In this document: positions 9,434 through 17,736 of the stretch, one piece after another
Position numbering within the stretch: position 1 is the first letter of the stretch
How the letters are laid out: each line of letters starts with the position of its first letter
DNA from: Candidatus Caldarchaeales archaeon
GTDB lineage: Archaea; Thermoproteota; Nitrososphaeria_A; Caldarchaeales; Wolframiiraptoraceae
DNA length: 42,788 nt
NCBI GenBank assembly: GCA_039630055.1
Contig: JBCNVN010000007.1
Location: 1-42,788, forward strand
Direction: 5' to 3'
Translations under genes and position numbers: made by a program
Notes under the pieces: model-generated
Told to the model about the DNA's origin: nothing
What the model saw: the letters and a program-made list of their open reading frames with translations, nothing else
The model's database searches: none

Positions 9434-9766
9434 CTGAGAATAGCTCATTTTGTAAGATCTTATGAGTATGCTAATCTCCGAATCTCGGAGAGCTTATTAT
9501 TACTGAGAGCCTATATTATGAAGCTTAAGATTTAGCTATATACATAAGATAGTAGGTCGTAGAAATAATGTTAAGTCTTGATTTCTCTGAGCTTGAATAG
9601 AAGCTGAAGAGCTATACAATAATTTCCTAAAAAGATCTATGATAATGAGTATAGCAATTCTGTAACATTATGGATTTGCATATTTAGGGGTTGGGAAGAT
9701 TAGTAGGTTAACAAGCTTCATAGAGGTAGCTCGATATTCTTAAATTATAGTTATGTAATCTACTAT

Positions 9767-10195
9767 TTGGGATTTATATTGGAAGAATCTCGTGAAGAGG
9801 TTTGTAAACTTTTAGATTCTATATGGTCTGAATTATCTGAGATGTTAATAGAATTGATTAATAGGAAGGTAGATATTCCGAATGCGATTAAAGTCTCTCT
9901 AGATGGTGCTAAAGTCTTGATAACTCTATGCAATTATCATCAAAATGTTGCATTCGATATATCTCCCTCAATGTTAGATAGTGTACAAGGATTCTGCGTC
10001 GGATGTTGTGGAGCAGACTTAGTAGCGAGAGTTATCTGTGAGTTAAGAACAGCTCAAGACTTATTGACGATTAAAGCAATATCTGTACTGGGTCAAGAGT
10101 ATATGAAGAATTGGCAGAGAAAACTAGATGGTTTATGGAATCAGATTGGAAATAGATATGCCCAATCTATAAAAGCAAGTCATGAAAGAATATAG
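9767..10195 (+). CDS. DUF2096-like archaeal protein with Cys-rich insertion
   Basis: W..L..(M)L.EL.....DIP......L..AK.LI and C-terminal 'LG.EY...W..KL' pattern; inserted FCVGCCG. Confidence 0.6.
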   Translation: MGFILEESREEVCKLLDSIWSELSEMLIELINRKVDIPNAIKVSLDGAKVLITLCNYHQNVAFDISPSMLDSVQGFCVGCCGADLVARVICELRTAQDLLTIKAISVLGQEYMKNWQRKLDGLWNQIGNRYAQSIKASHERI

Positions 10196-10469
10196 TATCT
10201 AGGAAAATCGAGTAGATCCTTAATCCTCATACTTACATTCTAGAGAAAATTATCTTATTTAGGAAAGAAAGATTAGATTGGATTATTGAAGAGATTTGAA
10301 ATCGCTAGATAGAGTAATATGATGTTGATGCAAATTAAATTTATCTGATAGTATGCTGGAAAGAATGTGCACAAATATATCTTTTGATTAGTTTTTATGT
10401 AGATTCATAACCTTAGTGATATCTTCTATTATCTTAAACTATTGGTTTCCAGTTACCTCTATATTATGA

Positions 10470-10860
10470 GTAGAGATGAAACATTGTTAAAATTAGTATA
10501 TTAATGATTTTGGTAGGACTGTAATATAGTCGTCTATCAAATGGTTTTCAAATATTCAATTACATCTTTAATAGGAAGTGATAAAGTTGGGATTGCGGTT
10601 TTCTCTCACCTATACTCAGCCTCCTCCTCGATCAACATATTTCTTACTAACTCTGCAAAGGCACCGCCTATAGAGATGAAGAATATTAGAAATATTCCGA
10701 ACCAGAAGTTTTCATCTGAGATAAGTAATACGAAAGATATAATCGCATCCTACATTATAATGAAAGAAACTTTAGTTATACTCTTAGATAATAGATTTAT
10801 CTAAATAAATATTGCAGTGACGGCTATAAATAAAATGTTTCAAGGAGAATGTATCCAATT
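10470..10860 (-). pseudogene. Decayed membrane transporter (MFS-like) remnant
   Basis: One hydrophobic frame with several in-frame stops: 'NILFIAVTAIFI*INLLSKSITKVSFIIM*DAIISFVLLISDENFWFGIFLIFFISIGGAFAELVRNMLIEEEAEYR*EKTAIPTLSLPIKD'. Confidence 0.5.
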
Positions 10861-10896
10861 TGTAAACCATTGATTTAAGTTCTATCCAGAAATCGA

Positions 10897-11418
10897 TTAA
10901 ACCTTATCTAAGCCCATGTATGTTTTCTTCTCTATGAGCTCAGTTAGTCTTCTAATTACCTTATCTGCTGAATTCTTAACAATGGGGGTTAGTTCTTCTC
11001 CTATATCTACATTTTGTGGAACTATCCCTAGAAGATAGGAATTTTCAATAATAGAGCTTTTTTCAAGTATGAAGCTTAATGAAATATTGTGGGTATCGAG
11101 GAAATCATACTTCAAGTTCTTAAATTCTGTAAAGACTACAGTTCCAGGTTCAGCATCTATTTTCACTGCATCACATATGATTATGAGACTATTTTTAGAT
11201 ATTTTCTTTAAAATATACTCGATATTTTTAGATGTTGGATGGATGTATACGTATTTCGGCTTCTTAGAGATCTTTTCCATCAAGTTGAAGACTATGTATA
11301 TCCCGACACCATCATCTTGCCTTAAAGTATTACCATAACCAATTATATGTAAAGGTTTATTAACACTACAATTATCTAAGACTTCTCTTAAATGATTAAC
11401 CCATTCTTCTTCATCCAT
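10897..11418 (-). CDS. Hydrogenase maturation endopeptidase (HycI/HyaD family)
   Basis: IIGYGNTLRQDDGVG, ICDAV, THNISL and LLGIVP....GEELT motifs; adjacent to the hydrogenase operon. Confidence 0.92.
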   Translation of the reverse strand: MDEEEWVNHLREVLDNCSVNKPLHIIGYGNTLRQDDGVGIYIVFNLMEKISKKPKYVYIHPTSKNIEYILKKISKNSLIIICDAVKIDAEPGTVVFTEFKNLKYDFLDTHNISLSFILEKSSIIENSYLLGIVPQNVDIGEELTPIVKNSADKVIRRLTELIEKKTYMGLDKV

Positions 11419-11508
11419 CTAAACAGATCGAGGCTTTTTGAAAATATTAATTTTGCATTGAATGATAGCGAATTGTAAAGATTACATTTAGGAGAATCGG
11501 AGTATCTA

Positions 11509-11850
11509 CTATCTTGTATATACGTACTTCATCCGAGACCTATCATATCCTGCGAACTCAAATTCTCTCGTAATTTCTATAGCTTTAACATTACACGATT
11601 CTACACATTGAGCACAACATATACATCTATCTAGTAAGAATGTTATGACGGCCTCCTTCCCTTTACCTGTAATCTGTATTGCCTTCACCGGGCAGATTCT
11701 AACACATAAACTACATCCAACACATTTCTCCATAATCCAAATAGGTCTACCTCTATATCCTTCTAGGGTCTTCTTTTTTAGAGGATATTCTTCAGTTGAA
11801 GCTTTCTTGAATATATTCTTTAAAGCTTCTACTGTAATATGCATCACCAT
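11509..11850 (-). CDS. 2x[4Fe-4S] subunit of group 4 hydrogenase (NuoI/EchF/MbhN-like)
   Basis: T..YP...YRGRP, CVGCSLCVRICP, CICCAQCVESC. The start is likely 11850-11844, coupled to the upstream stop, rather than 11913. Confidence 0.92.
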   Translation of the reverse strand: MVMHITVEALKNIFKKASTEEYPLKKKTLEGYRGRPIWIMEKCVGCSLCVRICPVKAIQITGKGKEAVITFLLDRCICCAQCVESCNVKAIEITREFEFAGYDRSRMKYVYTR

Positions 11851-12809
11851 CCCCCCAAAATTATTTTTATCAATAAGAATTGAACTATAGTTGCAGGAAT
11901 TAGATACTTCCACATACCTGAAAGTACTTGATCTATTCTAAATCTAACAATTATATTTTTGATGAATACGATTAGAGATAGTACTAAGAAGGTTTTTAAG
12001 AGTAATGTGATTGTGGGCGGGATTATCCAGATTTGTTCTGGGCCACCAAGGTATAACGTTGAGATTAGTGAAGATGCTAAAAGAAGATTTATATCCTTAC
12101 CTAATCTTATTAATGCTAACTTAACTCCACTAAACTCTGTACTCCACCCTGCAACTATCTCTGTTTCAGCTTCTGGAATATCAAAAGGTGTAAGTTCAAG
12201 CTCCGCTAACATACAAATAAACATTACTCCGAAACTTATTGGCAGGAGCCAGATCATCCAGAGATTGTTTTGTTGCCATTCAACAATCTCCGTTAAAGAT
12301 AAACTTGATGCAGGTATAGCTGGTAGTAAGAATGAGAAGACTAAAGGTATCTTGTAACCTAGTAGCTGGGTTGCTGCTCTAACACCTCCTATCATACTAA
12401 AGATGCTTCCAGACGAATATCCCCCTAAAAAGATTAATGATGTAATTAACGTGAAGATGAATATCAGAAATATTAGATCTCCTTCAAAATTTATTAAAGC
12501 CCTTGAATCAATTATAGGCACCATGCTGAAAGAAGTTAGAGGTAAAGAGAAATATAATATAGGTACCATTTTAGTGAAGAGTCTATCAGCAGTAGTAGGC
12601 GTAATATCTTCTTTCTTGAGAAGTTTGATGAAGTCTGCGATAGGTTGGAGTATGCCGCTTACACCAGTGTAGCTTGGACCCATACGATTCTGGATCCTAC
12701 CAGTTAATTTTCTCACATACCATTCAGATAATAATGATAAGAGTATTATAAAGATGAAGCCTGGAAAGATCAAGATCTGTATTAAAAAGGTTAACGTTTC
12801 TGATACCAT
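11844..12809 (-). CDS. Membrane anchor subunit (NuoH/EchB/MbhM-like)
   Basis: RK..GRIQNRMGP, G.LQPIADFIKLL.KE, PFDIPEAETEIVAGW.TEFSG, RFRIDQ. Confidence 0.95.
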   Translation of the reverse strand: MVSETLTFLIQILIFPGFIFIILLSLLSEWYVRKLTGRIQNRMGPSYTGVSGILQPIADFIKLLKKEDITPTTADRLFTKMVPILYFSLPLTSFSMVPIIDSRALINFEGDLIFLIFIFTLITSLIFLGGYSSGSIFSMIGGVRAATQLLGYKIPLVFSFLLPAIPASSLSLTEIVEWQQNNLWMIWLLPISFGVMFICMLAELELTPFDIPEAETEIVAGWSTEFSGVKLALIRLGKDINLLLASSLISTLYLGGPEQIWIIPPTITLLLKTFLVLSLIVFIKNIIVRFRIDQVLSGMWKYLIPATIVQFLLIKIILGGW

Positions 12810-13969
12810 TCCCGAGCATACCTCTTAAGATCTCCAATAGTCCAGACGTTTTTCTCATTCTTTTCGAGGTCTATTATCTGCATTCTATCCATACATGAGA
12901 AACATGGATCTATCCCTGCTAATATAACAGGTACATCTGCTAGATATGCTCCAGTAAGTATTTTGCTGAAAGCAGTTAGATTCGCTAAAGTTGGCGTTCT
13001 TATCTTGTAGCGTTCTAGCTTATCTGAACCATTAGATCTAGCATAGTGGATCAGTTCTCCTCTAGGAGCTTCTACTCTAGAAAGAGCTTCAGATGGAGGA
13101 ACCACCAATCTAACTTTAACACGTATATCACCATCTGGAAGTTTTGATAACGATTCTCTTATAATGTTTACACTTTCTAGGATCTCATAAGCTCTAACCA
13201 TGATTCTACTGAAACAATCTCCATCATTGGAGGTTATAATATTGAAGGAAACCTCATCATAAGCTTCGTATGGATCATCTTTTCTAACATCTCTCTTTAA
13301 ACCGCTTGCTCTCGCCAATGGCCCAACCGTACTATACTTTATTGCATCTGTCTTACTGAGATAACCTATTCCAACAGTTCTCTTCAGTAGAGTTCGCTCT
13401 CTTTCAAGCATTGGAATATACTTCTTGACCCTCTCTTCTATTATCTTAAGTCTCTTCAAGATCTTTGAGCTTTTATCCTGGTCTATGTCTCTCCGAACAC
13501 CGCCAATAGTATTGATAGCGTAGTGGACTCTATTTCCAGATAGTTCTTCAAGTATATCCATAACAAGTTCTCTATCTCTCCAAGTATACATGAAGAATGT
13601 ATCGAATCCAACTTCATGTGCTACTAAACCTAGCCAGAGAAGATGACTATGTATTCTCTCTAATTCAGCGAATATAGTTCTAATATATCTTGCTCTAGGC
13701 GGGATCTCTATTCCAAGTAGATCTTCTATGTTCTGAACATAGCATGTTGTATGTGCATGAGAACATATACCACATACTCTTTCAACTAGGTAGAGATTTT
13801 GAATATAGTTTCTGTCTTCCATAGCTTTCTCTATACCTCTATGTACGTAGCCTATCCTAGGGATTGCTCGGACAATTTGCTCACCTTCAAGTTCTAAAAT
13901 AAATCTTTCAGGTTCTTTCAATGCAGGATGTTGAGGACCGATAACCACTCTTATAATCGTGCCGCTCAT
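12791..13969 (-). CDS. Group 4 [NiFe]-hydrogenase large (catalytic) subunit
   Basis: GPQHP and GYVHRGIEK; both Ni-binding motifs intact (RVCGIC, DPCFSC); EAPRGE; C-terminal extension after DR. Confidence 0.95.
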   Translation of the reverse strand: MSGTIIRVVIGPQHPALKEPERFILELEGEQIVRAIPRIGYVHRGIEKAMEDRNYIQNLYLVERVCGICSHAHTTCYVQNIEDLLGIEIPPRARYIRTIFAELERIHSHLLWLGLVAHEVGFDTFFMYTWRDRELVMDILEELSGNRVHYAINTIGGVRRDIDQDKSSKILKRLKIIEERVKKYIPMLERERTLLKRTVGIGYLSKTDAIKYSTVGPLARASGLKRDVRKDDPYEAYDEVSFNIITSNDGDCFSRIMVRAYEILESVNIIRESLSKLPDGDIRVKVRLVVPPSEALSRVEAPRGELIHYARSNGSDKLERYKIRTPTLANLTAFSKILTGAYLADVPVILAGIDPCFSCMDRMQIIDLEKNEKNVWTIGDLKRYAREWYQKR

Positions 13970-14463
13970 TCTTCTTTCACACCACCCTTATCTAGAATAG
14001 AAGAGATCTGTTTTAGAGTTATATCTTTCCTTAATGGGTAAAGACCTTTAGGCCAATCTTCTGGAAGTATTAGTCTAGTGTTTTCGGGATGACCATCAAA
14101 TAAGACTCCTAGAAGATCATAGATTTCCCGTTCATATAGTTCTGCTGAAGGATAGATGTCTGATACTGTATGTATTCTTGGATCGTTTCTCGGGATCTTT
14201 ATCTTGATGGATAGTACGAGAGAGTCTTCGTAGACTATATGGTATATGAGTTCTATGAATTGGCCAGAGTCTAAGCCTGTGATAGTTGATATATGGTCGA
14301 AGCCTAGATCGTTCTTTAGATAAGATAATATCTTTCTTAAAGACTCGGTCTTAACTTCCATATATACTCTTCTAGGTTTAGGAGTCTTTACTTCATAAAT
14401 CTCCTCTCCAAACTTATTCTTCAACACTGTTAATAATTCTTCTATATCATTCATCTTATTCAA
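13966..14463 (-). CDS. NuoC/EchD/MbhK-like subunit
   Basis: ISTITGLD, YEREIYDLLGVLFDGHP, LPEDWP.G.YPLRKD. Confidence 0.95.
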   Translation of the reverse strand: MNKMNDIEELLTVLKNKFGEEIYEVKTPKPRRVYMEVKTESLRKILSYLKNDLGFDHISTITGLDSGQFIELIYHIVYEDSLVLSIKIKIPRNDPRIHTVSDIYPSAELYEREIYDLLGVLFDGHPENTRLILPEDWPKGLYPLRKDITLKQISSILDKGGVKEE

Positions 14464-14906
14464 CCCTCCATCTTCTCTATAAGCTTCTTGAATCCATAGA
14501 TTATAGCTTCAGGTTTAGGAGGGCATCCTGGAACATATACATCTACTGGGAGAAGTTTATCTACGCCTCCAATAACATTATATCCATCCCAGAAAGGAGA
14601 ACCACTAACAGCACATGTTCCTATAGCGATAACATACTTAGGTTCAGGGATCTGTTCATATATTGTTAGAAGTCTATCTTTAATCTGTCTAGTAACGGGA
14701 CCTGTAACAGCAAGTACATCTGAATGTCTAGGACTACCTTTAAGAACTATACCAAATCTCTCAACATCATATCTAGGAGTGAAAGCTGCAACTAATTCTA
14801 TATCGCATCCATTACATCCACCAGTATTAAAATGGATTACCCAGAGAGACTTAGACCTAGCCCACTTTAAGACTGATTGAGCCAACCTCATCTCTCTGTG
14901 AATCAA
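14460..14906 (-). CDS. [NiFe]-hydrogenase small subunit (NuoB/EchC/MbhJ-like)
   Basis: GGCNGCDIE (hydrogenase-type CxxC, not the tandem CC of NuoB), SPRHSD, GTCA, PGCPP. Confidence 0.95.
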   Translation of the reverse strand: MIHREMRLAQSVLKWARSKSLWVIHFNTGGCNGCDIELVAAFTPRYDVERFGIVLKGSPRHSDVLAVTGPVTRQIKDRLLTIYEQIPEPKYVIAIGTCAVSGSPFWDGYNVIGGVDKLLPVDVYVPGCPPKPEAIIYGFKKLIEKMEG

Positions 14907-14954
14907 ATAGCACCACCGTATAACAATGTTTAATATGTAGAACTTAAACTATAA

Positions 14955-15308
14955 TCATCTAATCATATATAATGTTGAACCTAGTATAGTTATAGTATAT
15001 ATTAGTACCTCTATGGATATATACTGGAAAGATAGTATAAGCATAAATATGGCTACATCAAGTACGAGAAAATAGACTGCAAATAAGAAAAATCTTTCTA
15101 AATTAATTCTAGATCCAATGGATTGTAATATCTGAGGAACAATCTCTCCACAGGCGTAGGGTGTAAACTTGACTAACGTACCGCCATTGTAAGGATTATG
15201 AGTTTTGTAAGCTTTATTAGAGCTCCTATAACCTAATAGGAATATAAATAAGCCTAATAATAATGCAAACCCAAAAACTATGGGTAGGCTTTCTATCCCC
15301 ATCTTCAT
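14955..15308 (-). CDS. NuoA/FpoA-like three-helix membrane subunit
   Basis: K..PYACGE loop and 'FF.FAVYFLVLDV' helix; three hydrophobic segments. Confidence 0.85.
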   Translation of the reverse strand: MKMGIESLPIVFGFALLLGLFIFLLGYRSSNKAYKTHNPYNGGTLVKFTPYACGEIVPQILQSIGSRINLERFFLFAVYFLVLDVAIFMLILSFQYISIEVLIYTITILGSTLYMIR

Positions 15309-15457
15309 CCCATCCGTAAATACTTTAACCGTAATATTAAGACTTACGTATTTTTAGTATTTACTGTAAATATTTGTTATTTAAAATAATTTCTCTGGAA
15401 AATATATATAGACTAGTTAAAATAGTTCTCTTACAATATTATTAAAGGGGATGATTC
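15309..15457. promoter_or_regulatory. Bidirectional promoter region of the two hydrogenase operons with AT-rich palindromes
   Basis: 149-bp divergent spacer containing TATTTAC-T-GTAAATA (15358-15372), TTATTT-A-AAATAA (15377-15389) and a TATATATA tract. Confidence 0.5.
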
Positions 15458-15709
15458 TTGAATGGTTTCCTTGAAATAATTCTCATAATATCGATCGTAT
15501 GTTTTTCTATACTTACTGTTGAAGTTAAAAGTTTGATTCATGCAGTTATCTTTTTTGCTTTAATGTGTATCATGACAGGTGTCTTATTCTGGATTTTAGG
15601 AGCATATTATGTCGCTGTTTTCCAGATGCTTGTTTACGTGGGCGCTATGGTCGTCTTATTTTTAGCTGTTATCATGCTTACACATAGAGAAGAGCGTGAA
15701 TTGAAATGA
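15458..15709 (+). CDS. NuoJ N-terminal half (FpoJ1/MbhD-like)
   Basis: LGAYYVAVFQMLVYVGAMVVLFLAVIMLT is the NuoJ TM3 signature. Confidence 0.88.
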   Translation: MNGFLEIILIISIVCFSILTVEVKSLIHAVIFFALMCIMTGVLFWILGAYYVAVFQMLVYVGAMVVLFLAVIMLTHREERELK

Positions 15710-15966
15710 ATAAAGAATTAACCTTACAGCTGGCCTGTTCTCTCATGTCTATAATCTTAGTCTTTATATTTGTATATGTCTTGCTTGAGATACCTTTACC
15801 TGTACAGAAGGTTTATCCAGTTGACCTTCTAGAATTGGAGTCGGCTGAACCCATTCTCAGATCATATATCTGGGTTTACAGATCTTATGATCTAGTTGTT
15901 CAAGCTTTACTATTATTTGTTACTGCTTTAGCCATTCTCTTAATCTTTAAGGCTGAGAGGTGGTGA
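15706..15966 (+). CDS. NuoJ C-terminal half-like (FpoJ2/MbhE-like) membrane subunit
   Basis: Two TM helices with WVYRSYDLVVQALLLF; lies between the J1- and K-like genes. Confidence 0.65.
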   Translation: MNKELTLQLACSLMSIILVFIFVYVLLEIPLPVQKVYPVDLLELESAEPILRSYIWVYRSYDLVVQALLLFVTALAILLIFKAERW

Positions 15967-15969
15967 GAT

Positions 15970-16284
15970 GTGCTTCCACTCTCTTGGTATCTTGCTACTG
16001 CAGTTATCCTTTACATTATTGGATTATATACACTTATAACTAAGAAGAATCTGATCAGACTTATCTTAGGTATTGAGATAATGGTTAATGCTGCACATAT
16101 AAACTTTATAGCAATCTCTTCTAGTTGGAGGCAGGGATTCGTAGACCCTCTCGCCCATGGAATAGTAATAATCTCTATAGGGGTTGCAGCATGTGTTAGC
16201 GCTGTACTTCTCTTAATTACATATCAAGCATACAAACATTATGGAACCCTTGATGTACGTATAATGCGTAAACTTAAAGGGTGA
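15970..16284 (+). CDS. NuoK/MrpC/MbhG-like subunit
   Basis: IGLY.L..KKNLIRLILGIEIMVNAA, DP, Y...GTLDV...KLKG. Confidence 0.9.
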   Translation: MLPLSWYLATAVILYIIGLYTLITKKNLIRLILGIEIMVNAAHINFIAISSSWRQGFVDPLAHGIVIISIGVAACVSAVLLLITYQAYKHYGTLDVRIMRKLKG

Positions 16285-17735
16285 TAAAAATGCTAACACC
16301 TCTAATCATAGTCTTTGCTTTCTCTTTCATTCCCCTAATCATAAGATTCATACTGCCTAAAACAACATATCATCTTCTCTACAATATTCCTACATCTATC
16401 GGATTGCTATCTACTTTGGTGATTTTGCTAGATCTGTTAAGTAATGGATACCTTCTCGCTAATCCTAATCCTGTCCCTGATTTTCTAGTAGTAGATAGAT
16501 CTGGGGTTTTTATTTCTCTTATATCAGTTATTCTCGGATCTTTTATAGTAACATATTCTCTAAAGTTTATGGAGAAAGATAAAGGGCTCTCATTATACTA
16601 CTCTCTAATATTGTTGAATGTAGCAGGAATAATGGGTATAGCTTTCTCAAACGACTTCTTTACATTTTTTATATTCTGGGAGTTGATGTGTGTTTCTTCC
16701 TATCTTCTCGTCGTCTTCAGGAAAGATTATGCGGAAAGTGTAGAAGCAGGTATAAAATATATGATGATGGGTAGTTTCAGCTCTGTATCGATACTCTTCG
16801 GTTTAACGCTTTTCTATGCTGTAACTGGGACGCTGAATTTATATGATGCAGCTACCATATTGAGAAATTCCAATCCCAACTTTCTTATCTATATTTCATT
16901 AATCTTTTTATTAGTAGGCTTTGGTGTAAAAACAGCTATATTCCCATTACATACCTGGCTTCCAGATACATATACGGCTGCTCCTCAACCTATCTCTGCA
17001 TTCTTATCGGGAATAGTTACTGTAACGGGATTGTATGCAATTATACGCACCTTTTCTATATTAAGTCATGTTATAGACACGTCTTTCTTCTTGGCTTTGA
17101 GCATATTTAGTGTTGTGAACATGTTTTTTGGGAATATTGTAGCATTACTCCAGGATGATCTTAGAAAGATTATGGCTTACTCCAGTATTGCGCATATAGG
17201 CTATATGTTGATAGGTGTCTCTCTATGGAGTTGGTCGGGGATAGCTTCTTCACTCATCCACTTATTTAACCATGCTTTCATGAAGAGTCTAGCATTCTTA
17301 TGTATCGGAGTGTTTACTTATCGGCTTGGTGCTAGTAAGCTAGAATATGTTAAAGGTGTAGGAAGAAGGATGCCGTTAACATCTATAGCCTTCATAATCT
17401 CCCTCCTATCTCTTATAGGTATGCCTCCTCTCAACGGTTTCATAAGCAAGCTATATATATTCATCGCCAGCGTAGAGTCTGGAGCATTCTGGCTCGGACT
17501 ACTACTAGTTATTAATAGCTCAATATCTGCTGGATACTATCTTAGAGTGATTAGAGTTCTATTATCTCCAACATCTACAGATACTGGAAAAATTACGGAG
17601 GCTCCAATACAACTACTTATCCCAATATATGCTGCTACGATAATAATAATCTTGTTCGGTTTATGGCCTGATCCTATCTTGGAACTTGCAAGAAGTGCGG
17701 CTTCAGCTATTCTTGGTTTTGGAGGTGTGATGTAG
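16281..17735 (+). CDS. Antiporter-like subunit (NuoN/MrpD/MbhH-like)
   Basis: FWELM..SSY, EAGIKY, GFGVK..IFPLHTWLPD.Y..AP, AYSSIAHIGY, GMPPLNGFISK. Confidence 0.92.
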   Translation: MIKMLTPLIIVFAFSFIPLIIRFILPKTTYHLLYNIPTSIGLLSTLVILLDLLSNGYLLANPNPVPDFLVVDRSGVFISLISVILGSFIVTYSLKFMEKDKGLSLYYSLILLNVAGIMGIAFSNDFFTFFIFWELMCVSSYLLVVFRKDYAESVEAGIKYMMMGSFSSVSILFGLTLFYAVTGTLNLYDAATILRNSNPNFLIYISLIFLLVGFGVKTAIFPLHTWLPDTYTAAPQPISAFLSGIVTVTGLYAIIRTFSILSHVIDTSFFLALSIFSVVNMFFGNIVALLQDDLRKIMAYSSIAHIGYMLIGVSLWSWSGIASSLIHLFNHAFMKSLAFLCIGVFTYRLGASKLEYVKGVGRRMPLTSIAFIISLLSLIGMPPLNGFISKLYIFIASVESGAFWLGLLLVINSSISAGYYLRVIRVLLSPTSTDTGKITEAPIQLLIPIYAATIIIILFGLWPDPILELARSAASAILGFGGVM

Positions 17736-17736
17736 A

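Noticed and set aside
10541-10804. 87-aa plus-strand ORF
   Set aside because: Antisense to a more protein-like, stop-interrupted membrane-protein frame on the minus strand.
12791-13969. Annotation as NuoD of NADH:quinone oxidoreductase or as Mbs/Mbx
   Set aside because: All four Ni-ligating cysteines, a C-terminal extension and an adjacent maturation protease indicate a real hydrogenase.
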